From the NCBI GenBank assembly GCA_964588435.1, contig CAZPPI010000003.1:52-64051 (forward strand): a stretch of 64,000 nt of DNA, given 5' to 3'. The stretch is from an uncultured Gammaproteobacteria bacterium (GTDB lineage Bacteria > Patescibacteriota > Patescibacteriia > Patescibacteriales > UBA12465). The notes below the pieces were generated by a model, which did not search any database, was not told where the DNA came from, and was given only the letters and a program-made list of their open reading frames with translations. The first letter of the stretch is position 1. Each line of letters begins with the position of its first letter. A program made the position numbers and the translations under genes. Below are positions 37,170 to 46,884 of this stretch, piece after piece.

Positions 37170-38450
37170 ATGAAAATAAAAAATATTCAAGCCTTGGAGA
37201 TTCTTGATTCTCGCGGTAATCCAACTTTGGCGGTTAAAGTTATTTTAGAAAATAATATCGCTGGCTCAGCCATGGTTCCTAGTGGCGCCTCGACTGGAGC
37301 TTATGAAGCTTGTGAATTAAGAGATGGCGATTCAAATCGTTATGGAGGACAAGGCGTTTTAAAAGCTAAGAAAAATATTGAAACTATTATTGCTCCAGCT
37401 TTAATTGGCGAGGAAGTTGAAAATCAAGTTGAACTTGATAAGAAGATGATAGCCCTTGATGGCACTAAAAATAAGGAGAAACTTGGAGCTAATGCAATTT
37501 TAGGCGTTTCTTTAGCTCTAGCTCGGGCAGCCGCCCTTAGTTTAAATATTCCTCTCTACCATTATTTGAGCAAATTCAATCCTGATTTTAATGGTAAATT
37601 TATTATGCCTTTACCGATGTTGAATGTTTTAAATGGTGGTAAACATGCTAATTGGGCAACTGATATTCAGGAATATATGATTATGCCAATTTCTGCTAAA
37701 ACTGTTTGTGAGGGAATAAGGATGAGCGCTGAAGTTTATCGAGTTTTAAAAAAAGTTTTGCATTCTAAAAATTATAGTATTAGCGTTGGTGATGAGGGGG
37801 GCTTTGCTCCAGCGGTTAAAAGTAATGAAGAAGCTTTTACTCTACTATCGGAAGCAGTAGAGAAGGCCGGCTACAAAGTTGGTGAAGATTTTATTTATTG
37901 TATTGATGCCGCTGCTAGTGAGTTTTATCAAGAAGGAAAATATAATTTGAAAAAAGAAGAGAGGGTTTTAAGTGGGGCTGAGTTAAGTAATTTTTATTTA
38001 GCTTTGGCAGAGAAATACCCGATTAAATCTTTTGAAGATGTCTTTGCCGAAGATGATTGGGAAAACTTCAAAGATTTTACTGCCAAAACAGCTGACAGAT
38101 TCCAGGTTGTTGGTGATGATTTATTTGTTACTAACGTTAAACGTTTAGAGCGGGGAATCGCAGAAAAATCTGCCAACTCTATTCTAATTAAATTAAATCA
38201 AATTGGTACAATTTCAGAAACCGTAGAAGCAATTTTATTAGCTCGTAGAAACTCTTTAAGCTCAGTTATTTCTCATCGTAGTGGTGAAACTGAAGATACT
38301 TTTATTGTTGATTTTGCGGTTGCGATGGGTACTGGGCAAATTAAAACTGGGGCACCAGCAAGAAGTGAAAGAACAGCAAAATATAATCGCTTGATGGAAA
38401 TTGAAACAGAATTAGACAAGGAAGCGGTTTTAACAAAGTTTCCTTTTTAA
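37170..38450 (+). CDS. eno: enolase
   Basis: ILDSRGNPT, SGASTG, GDDLFVTN, ILIKLNQIGT, SHRSGETED and the full-length pattern. Confidence 0.95.
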   Translation: MKIKNIQALEILDSRGNPTLAVKVILENNIAGSAMVPSGASTGAYEACELRDGDSNRYGGQGVLKAKKNIETIIAPALIGEEVENQVELDKKMIALDGTKNKEKLGANAILGVSLALARAAALSLNIPLYHYLSKFNPDFNGKFIMPLPMLNVLNGGKHANWATDIQEYMIMPISAKTVCEGIRMSAEVYRVLKKVLHSKNYSISVGDEGGFAPAVKSNEEAFTLLSEAVEKAGYKVGEDFIYCIDAAASEFYQEGKYNLKKEERVLSGAELSNFYLALAEKYPIKSFEDVFAEDDWENFKDFTAKTADRFQVVGDDLFVTNVKRLERGIAEKSANSILIKLNQIGTISETVEAILLARRNSLSSVISHRSGETEDTFIVDFAVAMGTGQIKTGAPARSERTAKYNRLMEIETELDKEAVLTKFPF

Positions 38451-38459
38451 TTAAAATAT

Positions 38460-39569
38460 ATGATGCAATTATTATTTTTTGCTTTTTCGGCTATCTTTTT
38501 ATTCATTGGACATTTTATAGCCTATTCATTTTTATTGAGATTCTTTAGTATTTCTTTTTTTTCTGGTAAGTTAATTACAGCCATTATTATTGGTAGCCTT
38601 TTTGTTGGCGTTTTAGCAGCTTCTTATTTTATTCATATTTGGGATAATATTTTTACTCGCTCGGCTTATGTTTTTTTTGCCTCTTGGTTGGGCGTGCTTG
38701 TGAATCTTGGTGTCATGATAGTCGTTGTTTTTCTATTTAAAAATATTTTGTCAGTTTTTGATTTAAGTTTGCCAAGCTTTTATTTTAAATTAATATTAGT
38801 TATTGGCACCATTCTTCTATCACTTATTGGTTTTTATCGTGCCCTAGTTCCAATAGTTAAAGAATACGAGGTTAAGATTCAAGATTTACCAGCTTATTGG
38901 GAGGGGAAGACTATTGTTCATATTTCTGATATTCATTTAGGTCCAGTCTATCGAGACAAATTTTTACATCGTTTAATTAATAGAATAAATCTTTTAGAAC
39001 CAGGGGCAGTTTTTATTAGTGGTGATTTTTTTGATGGAATGGAATCAGATTTTTCTTGGCTTGACAAACCTTTAAGTGATATTAGAGCGGAAAAAGGAAT
39101 TTATTACGGTTTTGGCAACCATGACCTTTATTTGGGTTTTGATTATGTGGTTAAACTAATGGCTGGAAAAAACTTAACAGTTTTAGATAATAAATTAGTT
39201 GAAATTGAGGGTTTGCAGATTATTGGTATTAATTATTCTTTTAGTAATGATTTTAATTTAGAACGAGAGATTCTTGAGCAATCGGGTTATGATAGAGTCA
39301 AGGCTAGTATTTTGATTTTTCACACGCCAAAGAATATTGAACTTGCTAAAAGCGCCGGCATAGATTTGCAGTTATCTGGACACACTCATGATGGTCAACT
39401 TTTCCCTTTTAATTTTCCCGCCAGGTGGATGCACAAAGGTTATGGCTATGGTTTATTTAAAGAGAATGGTTTTAATTTAGTTGTTAGTTCTGGGATTGGC
39501 ACTTGGGGTCCACCGATGAGAACAACGGCTAGAAGTGAAATTGTGAAAATAGTTTTAAGGAAAAAATAA
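38460..39569 (+). CDS. membrane-bound metallophosphoesterase
   Basis: Four N-terminal TM segments, then ISDIHLG, GDFFDG, GNHD and GHTHDGQ motifs. Confidence 0.8.
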   Translation: MMQLLFFAFSAIFLFIGHFIAYSFLLRFFSISFFSGKLITAIIIGSLFVGVLAASYFIHIWDNIFTRSAYVFFASWLGVLVNLGVMIVVVFLFKNILSVFDLSLPSFYFKLILVIGTILLSLIGFYRALVPIVKEYEVKIQDLPAYWEGKTIVHISDIHLGPVYRDKFLHRLINRINLLEPGAVFISGDFFDGMESDFSWLDKPLSDIRAEKGIYYGFGNHDLYLGFDYVVKLMAGKNLTVLDNKLVEIEGLQIIGINYSFSNDFNLEREILEQSGYDRVKASILIFHTPKNIELAKSAGIDLQLSGHTHDGQLFPFNFPARWMHKGYGYGLFKENGFNLVVSSGIGTWGPPMRTTARSEIVKIVLRKK

Positions 39570-39579
39570 TTTTAAAAAA

Positions 39580-40599
39580 ATGAATTTATCTAAGTTATCA
39601 GAAATATTAAATGAGGAGCCGAAGTTTCGTTTTGTTCAAGCCAATAAAGCCTTATTTCAAGATTTTGTTTCTTCTTGGGATGAGGTTTCTAATTTTCCGA
39701 AAAACTTAAGAGAAAGATTAAGTTTAAATTGCTCACTTGAGATTAAGGCAAAATTAACGGGCACAACTTCAAGAAGTCCTAAAGCTTTAATAGAGCTTTT
39801 AGACGGCGAAAAAGTTGAGACAGTTTTAATTCGGAACAAAACAAAAGAGGGAACAAGAAATACTGTTTGCGTTTCCTCGCAAGTTGGCTGTGCTTTAGCT
39901 TGTGCTTTCTGTGCGACTGGTGATTTTGGTTTTCGTCGAAATTTAAATTACTTAGAAATAGTTGAGCAGGTATTATTTTGGGCCAGGTTTTTGAAGGATG
40001 AGGGGCAGGAAGAAAAGATAGACAATATTGTTTTCATGGGAATGGGCGAACCATTTTTAAATTATGATGAATTCATCAAAGCGGCTAAGTTTTTAAATAA
40101 TGAAGAGACTTTTAATTTTGCTTCAAGAAGGCTTTCAGTTTCAACTTCAGGAATTGTTGAGGGCATTAAAAAAATAGCTGGCGAAAAAATTCAAATTAAC
40201 TTAGCAATCTCACTTCATAGCGCTGATGAGAATTTGAGAAAAGATTTAATGCCAATCGCCAAAAAATACAGTATTTACGAAATCTTAAAAGCAGTTGATC
40301 AATATATTTTAAAGAGTGGACGTCGGGTGATGTTTGAGTATTTAATGATAAGAAATGTTAATGATAGCGATAAAGACGCTCTTGCTTTAGCTAAGATTAT
40401 GAAGAAACCTTTATATATGGTTAATTTAATTCCTTATAATCCGACTGGAAGATTTAAGCCCTCAAGCCCGGAAAGAATGGAAAAATTTATGAAAATTTTA
40501 GAAGAAAATAATATTCCCGTAACTCTCCGCCAAAGCGCTGGTGCCCAATTTGGTGCCGCTTGCGGTCAGTTGAGGGGAGAAGGGAGAAAAAATAAATGA
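39580..40599 (+). CDS. rlmN: 23S rRNA/tRNA adenine-C2 methyltransferase RlmN (radical SAM)
   Basis: Radical SAM CxxxCxxC cluster (GCALACAFCATG), MGMGEPFLNY, and C-terminal GAACGQL. Confidence 0.88.
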   Translation: MNLSKLSEILNEEPKFRFVQANKALFQDFVSSWDEVSNFPKNLRERLSLNCSLEIKAKLTGTTSRSPKALIELLDGEKVETVLIRNKTKEGTRNTVCVSSQVGCALACAFCATGDFGFRRNLNYLEIVEQVLFWARFLKDEGQEEKIDNIVFMGMGEPFLNYDEFIKAAKFLNNEETFNFASRRLSVSTSGIVEGIKKIAGEKIQINLAISLHSADENLRKDLMPIAKKYSIYEILKAVDQYILKSGRRVMFEYLMIRNVNDSDKDALALAKIMKKPLYMVNLIPYNPTGRFKPSSPERMEKFMKILEENNIPVTLRQSAGAQFGAACGQLRGEGRKNK

Positions 40600-40612
40600 T
40601 TTGTTAATAAAT

Positions 40613-40643
40613 AAAAAGATGGGTCTTTCGACCCATCTTTTTA
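40613..40643. terminator. bidirectional rho-independent terminator
   Basis: AGATGGGTC-tttc-GACCCATCT perfect 9-bp stem flanked by an A-run and a T-run. It sits between convergent rlmN and tRNA-Leu. Confidence 0.8.
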
Positions 40644-40649
40644 TTTAAG

Positions 40650-40733
40650 TACCGCGAGAGGGACTTGAACCCTCATGGAATCGCTTCCGCACGAGTTTGA
40701 GTCGTGTGCGTCTACCAATTCCGCCATCGCGGC
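40650..40733 (-). tRNA. tRNA-Leu (anticodon CAA), class II with a long variable arm
   Basis: The reverse complement folds as a cloverleaf. Acceptor: GCCGCGA/TCGCGGT. Anticodon stem-loop: CACGA-CUCAAAC-UCGUG. Variable hairpin: GGAA-gcga-TTCC. T-arm: GAGGG-TTCAAGT-CCCTC. No CCA is encoded. Confidence 0.9.
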
Positions 40734-40801
40734 TCTTCAATTACAAATTTAGTATAAATAATAATTAAAGCCTTGTCAAAGCGTTTTAATACTTAAAATA
40801 A

Positions 40802-40830
40802 TTGTCAAGCTAGTTACTTTAGGATATAAT
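40802..40830 (+). promoter_or_regulatory. sigma-70-type promoter upstream of parA
   Basis: TTGTCA (40802-40807), 17-nt spacer, TATAAT (40825-40830). Confidence 0.55.
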
Positions 40831-40858
40831 AATTTTAGAATGAAACTAAATTTTATTT

Positions 40859-41632
40859 ATGGCAAAAACCATTGCGGTTGTAAATCAAAAGGGCGGAGTT
40901 GGGAAAACAACAACTGCCATTAATCTTAGCGCCTATCTTGCTGAACAAGGTCGACGAGTTTTATTAATTGATTTAGATCCTCAGGCTAATGCTAGTTCTG
41001 GTCTGGGTTTGGACCATAGAAATCTTGAAACTGGTATTTATGAAGCCCTAGTTTCCGCTAAACCGTTAAATGAAATAATTAAACGAAGCGTTCAGGATGG
41101 CTTAAAAATAGCCCCAGCAACAATAAGTTTAGCGGGGGCTGGTGTTGAGCTAGTTTCTTTGCCTGATAGAGAGTTTCGCTTGTTTAAAGCAATAGAACCA
41201 ATAAAAAAAGATTATGACTATATTATTATTGATGGTCCACCTTCACTCGGTTTGTTAACGGTTAATAGTTTAGTTGCTTCTGATGAAGTTCTTATTCCCA
41301 TTCAAAGCGAATATTATGCTCTTGAAGGCTTAAGTCAATTACTTGAAACAATTAATTTAGTCCAGGAAAATTTAAAGCCTGATTTAAAAATCATGGGTGC
41401 CCTGATTACAATGTTTGATAAACGTAATAAATTATCGGAAGCGGTGATGGGGGAAATTTATCAATATTTTCCTAATCGAATTTTTCGTTCAATTATTCCG
41501 CGCACGGTTAGGCTAGCTGAGGCGCCAAGTTATGGTCGTTCAATTTTACATTATGATCCTAAATCAAAAGGCGGCAAAGCTTATGAAAATTTAGCTAAAG
41601 AAATAATTTCCTTAGAAGAAAATAATATTTAA
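40859..41632 (+). CDS. parA: chromosome partitioning ATPase ParA/Soj
   Basis: Deviant Walker A NQKGGVGKTTT and the family pattern DLDPQANAS. Confidence 0.92.
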   Translation: MAKTIAVVNQKGGVGKTTTAINLSAYLAEQGRRVLLIDLDPQANASSGLGLDHRNLETGIYEALVSAKPLNEIIKRSVQDGLKIAPATISLAGAGVELVSLPDREFRLFKAIEPIKKDYDYIIIDGPPSLGLLTVNSLVASDEVLIPIQSEYYALEGLSQLLETINLVQENLKPDLKIMGALITMFDKRNKLSEAVMGEIYQYFPNRIFRSIIPRTVRLAEAPSYGRSILHYDPKSKGGKAYENLAKEIISLEENNI

Positions 41633-41644
41633 CCAATTAATTAT

Positions 41645-42526
41645 ATGGGACAAGGTTTAGGTCGGGGCTTAGGCTCTCTAATTCCAAAAAAAACAATGAC
41701 TTACGGACAAAATCCTTTTAAGTCTAATTCTTCTATAGAGGAAAAGGTTATTTTAAATGATGGCGATAGAATTTTAAATATTAGCCCGGATGATATTAGT
41801 GTTAATCCTCAACAACCGAGAAGTGATTTTAATGAAGCGGCTTTAAATGATTTAGCTGCCTCAATTAAGGAGCACGGAATTATTTCCCCTTTAATTGTTA
41901 CTAGAAAAGACGATGGTTATGAACTTATTGCCGGTGAAAGACGTTTGCGAGCGGCAAGAATTGCTGACTTAAAAAAAGTTCCAGTCATTGTTCGTGAAGA
42001 AGGGGAACAAAAGAAATTAGAGCTAGCCCTAATTGAAAATTTACAACGACAAAATCTTAATCCACTTGAAAGTGCCCTTGCTTATCGTCGTTTGATGGAT
42101 GAGTTCAATTTAACTCAAGAAGAGGCCTCAACAAAACTTGGTAAGGCTAGATCTTCAATCGCAAATGCTCTTCGCCTCTTATCTTTACCGGTGGAAATTC
42201 AAACTGCTTTAGCTGGGGGCAAAATTTCCGAGGCTCATGCTAAATATTTGCTCGGCCTTGAAGGGGAAGCGAAGCAAATTAATATGTTAAAAAAGATTTT
42301 GCGACACAATCTAAGTGTTTTAGAGACGAGTAAAGAAATAAATCGCCTAGGCGGAACTAAAGGCGCCAAACCAAAAGATTTCTTTGATAAAAATAAAGAA
42401 GAAGACCTATCATCATATCTAAATACTAAAGTAGAGTTAAAAAGAACTAGAAGAGGTGGTCAAATTATTATAAATTTTTATGGTGATGAAGATTTGGGCG
42501 AGATATTGACAAAAATTAAGAAATAG
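41645..42526 (+). CDS. parB: chromosome partitioning protein ParB/Spo0J
   Basis: NPQQPR and ELIAGERRLRAA (ParB box), plus the HTH region LTQEEASTKLGKARSSIANALRLL. Confidence 0.92.
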   Translation: MGQGLGRGLGSLIPKKTMTYGQNPFKSNSSIEEKVILNDGDRILNISPDDISVNPQQPRSDFNEAALNDLAASIKEHGIISPLIVTRKDDGYELIAGERRLRAARIADLKKVPVIVREEGEQKKLELALIENLQRQNLNPLESALAYRRLMDEFNLTQEEASTKLGKARSSIANALRLLSLPVEIQTALAGGKISEAHAKYLLGLEGEAKQINMLKKILRHNLSVLETSKEINRLGGTKGAKPKDFFDKNKEEDLSSYLNTKVELKRTRRGGQIIINFYGDEDLGEILTKIKK

Positions 42527-42622
42527 AGTCTAATTACATAAAGTATTATTATAATTAAGTTAAAGTTCATTTTAAAATTAAAATAAACAGTTTTAATATA
42601 AACTTAAATAAAGGAGATCAAG

Positions 42623-42934
42623 ATGAAATCAATTATTTGTTTTGTTTTAATTACTTGGTGTCGTTACTCTTTTGTTATTACTTGGAAAGAGATAACTAAG
42701 AGGGTTTTGGGCTGGTCTATAATGTTCGCTTGTATTGTCTCAAAGTTTGTTGCAATTTTAGCGGCTATTATAATTATTGGTTTTTTATTAGCTGTTTACG
42801 GTGCTTTAGTTTTAACTATTGGGTCGTTTATGCGGTTATTCCAAGTAGTTTTTCCAGATTCTCTGTTTTTTTATCGAAAAAAAATGCCGGACGACTTTCG
42901 ACGCGAACTTCTTGAGTTTAATCTTGAGACCTAA
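42623..42934 (+). CDS. hypothetical small membrane protein (103 aa)
   Basis: AAGGAG RBS 6 nt upstream, two hydrophobic helices, terminator downstream. Confidence 0.5.
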   Translation: MKSIICFVLITWCRYSFVITWKEITKRVLGWSIMFACIVSKFVAILAAIIIIGFLLAVYGALVLTIGSFMRLFQVVFPDSLFFYRKKMPDDFRRELLEFNLET

Positions 42935-42942
42935 AGACTAGG

Positions 42943-42973
42943 AAGGGCTTTTTCAACCAAGCCCTTTTTTTAT
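42943..42973 (+). terminator. rho-independent terminator
   Basis: AAGGGCTT / AAGCCCTT stem followed by TTTTTTT. Confidence 0.7.
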
Positions 42974-43063
42974 TTGTCTTTTATTTGCCAATCCGTTTTC
43001 TATGTACTAAAATGATAAGAGCTTTTTAAGATTTTTTTAGATTTTAAATAAAAATAATTAAAA

Positions 43064-46000
43064 ATGTCATTTGTCCACCTCCACAACCATAGTCATTATT
43101 CTTTGCTTGACGGCTTAACTAAGTTCGACGAGATGATAAACTATGCTCTAGAGCAAGGCTCTCCGGCTGTGGCCCTAACTGATCATGGGACGATGTATGG
43201 TGTGATTGAATTTTATCAAAAAGCCAAAAAAGCTGGGTTAAAACCGATAATTGGGGTTGAAGCTTATTTAGCCCCTGGTTCAAGGCATGAAAAAAATACT
43301 AGAGAGGACGCTAGAAGTTTTCATCTAGTTTTATTAGCGAAAAATGATATTGGTTATAAAAATCTGATAAAATTAGTTTCGGCCGCTCATTTAGAAGGAT
43401 TTTATTATAAACCGAGAATCGATTGGGAATTACTCGAAACTTATAACGAAGGGATAATTGCTTTATCAGCCTGTTTAGCTGGAGAAATTCCGAGATTATT
43501 GAATGCTGATAAATTTACTGAAGCAAAAGCCAAGGCTTTAGAATATGATAAATTATTTGGCCGAGATAATTTTTATTTAGAAATTCAAGATCACCCAGAA
43601 TTAGAGGGCCAAGTTAAAGTCAATAAACTTTTAATTAAATTATCCAAAGAGACAGGTATTCCTTTAGTTGCTACTAATGATGTCCATTATTTTAAAAAAG
43701 AGGACGATGTTGCTCAAGATATTTTATTGTGTTTGCAAAATAAAAAGAAAATTACTGATACCGATAGAATGAAAATGATTGGTTATGGTAATTACTCTAT
43801 GCGTTCTAATGCGGAGATGATTGCCGCTTTTAAAGATGTGCCTGAAGCAATCACTAATACTTTAAAAATTGCAGAAGCTTGCAATTTAGAAATTGAACTT
43901 GGGAACATTCAGTTGCCTTATTTTGAAGTGCCCGAGGGTTTTAATGGTGATTCCTATTTAAGAAGAATTTGTGAGGTTGGTTTAGAAAAAAGATATGGTT
44001 TTGTTAAAAGTAGCGATTACTTTATTCCTAAAAATGATGAATCTTTGTTGCCTGTTGGAATTACTCTTGAAAAAATATTAGAACGACTCAATTATGAGCT
44101 AAGTGTTATTGCGAAAATGGGTTGGCCCTCATACTTTTTAATTGTTGCTGATTTTGTTAATTGGGCAAAAGAACGAAAAATTGTTGTTGGCCCTGGTCGT
44201 GGTTCTGCTGCTGGCTCTTTAGTTTGTTATTTAACAGGGATTACAAATCTTGATCCACTCCATTATGATTTATTATTTGAAAGATTTTTAAATCCTGATA
44301 GAGTTTCTATGCCCGATATTGATCTTGATTTCGCTGATGCTAGACGGGCTGAAGTTCTTGACTATGTTTCGGAAAAATATGGCCATGATCATGTTGCTCA
44401 GATTATAACTTTTGGAACAATGGCGGCACGAGCGGCCATTCGTGATGTTGGACGAGTCTTAGACGTACCTTATGACTACTGTGATAAAATTTCCAAAAGC
44501 ATCCCGATGTTTACTAAGTTGGATGAAGCGTTAAGAACTGTGCCGGAGGTTAAAGAACTTTATCAAGAACCGGAAGCTAAAAAAATAATTGACTATGCTC
44601 GTCGCTTAGAAGGAGTAGCACGTCATTCTTCGACTCATGCTTGTGGGGTTCTAATTACTAAAGAACCTTTAACTAGTTATGTGCCAATTCAATATGCATC
44701 TTCTTCGGATAAAACTATTATTTCTCAATATTCTTTGCATCCAGTAGAAGATTTGGGTCTATTAAAAATGGATTTTTTGGGTCTTAAGAACTTAACGATT
44801 ATTGAATCAACCTTAAAAATAATTAAAAATACTAGAAATAAAGAGATTGATATTGATTTGATTCCGCTTAACGATGACAAAGCTTATGAACTTTTTCGTA
44901 AGGGCGAGACAACCGGGGTCTTTCAGTTTGAATCTTCGGGCATGAAACGTTATTTAAGGGAGTTGAAGCCAACTGAGTTTGAGGATATTATTGCTATGGT
45001 TGCACTTTACAGGCCGGGACCAATGGAATGGATTCCTGATTATATCAGTGGTAAAAATGGTAAGAAAAAGGTTGTTTATCTTCATGAAAAATTACAACCA
45101 ATTTTAGCTAAGACTTATGGCGTTGCAATTTATCAGGAGCAAGTTATGCAGATTGCCCGGGCTCTTGCCGGTTTTAGTCCTGGGGAAGCGGATGTTTTAC
45201 GTAAGGCGATGGGAAAGAAAATCGCTGCTCTTTTAGCTGAGCAAAAAGAAAAGTTTATTGATGGTTGTGTTAAGAATGGGATTTATAAAGAATTAGCGGA
45301 AAAAGTTTTTTCTTTTATAGAACCTTTTGCTGGGTATGGTTTTAATCGAAGTCACGCTGCTTGTTATGCAATGATTGGTTATCAAACTGCTTATTTAAAG
45401 GCTCACTATCCGGCTGAGTTTATGGCCGCCTTATTGACCGCTGATCAAGGTGATACTGATAGAGTTGCTATTGAAATTGAAGAATGTCGGAATATGAATA
45501 TAAAAATCATGCCGCCAGATATTAATGAATCTTTTGGTACTTTTACAGTTGTTTCTAGCGGGACGAAAAATAACAAGCCAATAGTTGATGATGAAAAAAT
45601 TAATACAATTCGCTTCGGACTTAGAGCGGTTAAAAATGTTGGTGAACATATAGTTGGAGAAATAATTAAAGAGCGAAAAGCCAAAGGTCCTTATCGTGAC
45701 ATTTTCGATTTATTAGAGCGGGTAACTGATAGAGATTTAAATAAGAAATCAATGGAGAGTTTAATTAAATGCGGAGCGTTTGATAGTCTTGGTAATCGGG
45801 CAACTTTATTAGCGAGTTTAGAAAAATTATTAAATTACAATAAAGAGGTGGCAAAAGATAGAGATAGTAATCAGGTTAGTTTATTTGAGGATTCGTCGAC
45901 AATTAATTTACCAAAAATAACCCTGTCTGAGGCGGCACCAATTGATCAAAATGAGATTCTATCTTGGGAGAAAGAATTACTTGGACTCTATGTTAGTGAA

Positions 46001-46768
46001 CATCCTTATAATATATTTCGACCCTATCTTGAGGGTTATGCCGTTTCAATTACTCGTCTTAAAGGGAGACGGGGAGACAATTCGATTGTTAGTGCTGGGG
46101 TAATTTCAACTATCAAAAAAATTCTAACTAAAAAAGGTGAGACGATGCTTTTTGTTAAAGTTGAAGATTCTTTGATGTCAGTCGAGTTTTTGGTTTTTCC
46201 ACGAACCTACAAAGAGACGGAAAGTGTCTGGATTCCCGGACAAGCAATAATTGTTACGGGAACGATTTCGGAAAAAGATTTGGAACTAAAGTTTTTAGTT
46301 GATAAAGCAATGGCGCTTGATTATGCTAATCCGGGAGAGTCAGTTGATGCTTTTAAAAAAATGATGTTTAATAGTCCACCAGCAAAAAAAAGGTTTTCTA
46401 GTTATGGAAGTAATGGTGCTATGGTTAATAGCAGTGATATCTCTTGGGGAGCTAAAAAGCCAGTTAATAATTCTAAGAACTTAGTGCCAGATGGCGGCAA
46501 TTTTAAGGCGGTAGTTACTAAAATAAAGCAGGATAAAAATGATATTTTACAAATAATTATTAAGGAAGATTTAAGTACAGTTGATTCGGAAAATTTAAAA
46601 AATATTTTCTTAGCTTTTCCTGGTAAGACCTTAGTTTACTTAATGTTAGTTATTGAGGGGAAGTATCGAGTTGTTAAAACTTCTTTTAAAGTTAATAATT
46701 CTGAAAAATTAATTATTAAGTTAAAAGAAATTTTGGGTAATAAATTTGAAACAGTTAATTCGGATTAA
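43064..46768 (+). CDS. dnaE: DNA polymerase III alpha subunit
   Basis: PHP domain FVHLHNHSHYSLLDG, polymerase core PDIDLDF and GLLKMDFLGL, an OB-fold region, and a ~150-aa C-terminal extension. Confidence 0.95.
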   Translation: MSFVHLHNHSHYSLLDGLTKFDEMINYALEQGSPAVALTDHGTMYGVIEFYQKAKKAGLKPIIGVEAYLAPGSRHEKNTREDARSFHLVLLAKNDIGYKNLIKLVSAAHLEGFYYKPRIDWELLETYNEGIIALSACLAGEIPRLLNADKFTEAKAKALEYDKLFGRDNFYLEIQDHPELEGQVKVNKLLIKLSKETGIPLVATNDVHYFKKEDDVAQDILLCLQNKKKITDTDRMKMIGYGNYSMRSNAEMIAAFKDVPEAITNTLKIAEACNLEIELGNIQLPYFEVPEGFNGDSYLRRICEVGLEKRYGFVKSSDYFIPKNDESLLPVGITLEKILERLNYELSVIAKMGWPSYFLIVADFVNWAKERKIVVGPGRGSAAGSLVCYLTGITNLDPLHYDLLFERFLNPDRVSMPDIDLDFADARRAEVLDYVSEKYGHDHVAQIITFGTMAARAAIRDVGRVLDVPYDYCDKISKSIPMFTKLDEALRTVPEVKELYQEPEAKKIIDYARRLEGVARHSSTHACGVLITKEPLTSYVPIQYASSSDKTIISQYSLHPVEDLGLLKMDFLGLKNLTIIESTLKIIKNTRNKEIDIDLIPLNDDKAYELFRKGETTGVFQFESSGMKRYLRELKPTEFEDIIAMVALYRPGPMEWIPDYISGKNGKKKVVYLHEKLQPILAKTYGVAIYQEQVMQIARALAGFSPGEADVLRKAMGKKIAALLAEQKEKFIDGCVKNGIYKELAEKVFSFIEPFAGYGFNRSHAACYAMIGYQTAYLKAHYPAEFMAALLTADQGDTDRVAIEIEECRNMNIKIMPPDINESFGTFTVVSSGTKNNKPIVDDEKINTIRFGLRAVKNVGEHIVGEIIKERKAKGPYRDIFDLLERVTDRDLNKKSMESLIKCGAFDSLGNRATLLASLEKLLNYNKEVAKDRDSNQVSLFEDSSTINLPKITLSEAAPIDQNEILSWEKELLGLYVSEHPYNIFRPYLEGYAVSITRLKGRRGDNSIVSAGVISTIKKILTKKGETMLFVKVEDSLMSVEFLVFPRTYKETESVWIPGQAIIVTGTISEKDLELKFLVDKAMALDYANPGESVDAFKKMMFNSPPAKKRFSSYGSNGAMVNSSDISWGAKKPVNNSKNLVPDGGNFKAVVTKIKQDKNDILQIIIKEDLSTVDSENLKNIFLAFPGKTLVYLMLVIEGKYRVVKTSFKVNNSEKLIIKLKEILGNKFETVNSD

Positions 46769-46800
46769 CTTAGGCCCTTTTTTATTTATCGCTTCAAGCA

Positions 46801-46829
46801 TTGTCCAAGTTCTAGAATTTTGTTATAAT
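46801..46829 (+). promoter_or_regulatory. sigma-70-type promoter
   Basis: TTGTCC (46801-46806), 17-nt spacer, TATAAT (46824-46829). Confidence 0.5.
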
Positions 46830-46884
46830 TGAGTTGAATTATTTCAATTCATTTTTTATTTTTTTTAAAATTAAAAATCTGACT

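Noticed and set aside
46834-46884. TTG start at 46834 for the Lys-rich membrane protein.
   Set aside because: It would begin 5 nt after the TATAAT box (46824-46829). ATG 46885 is the more plausible start.
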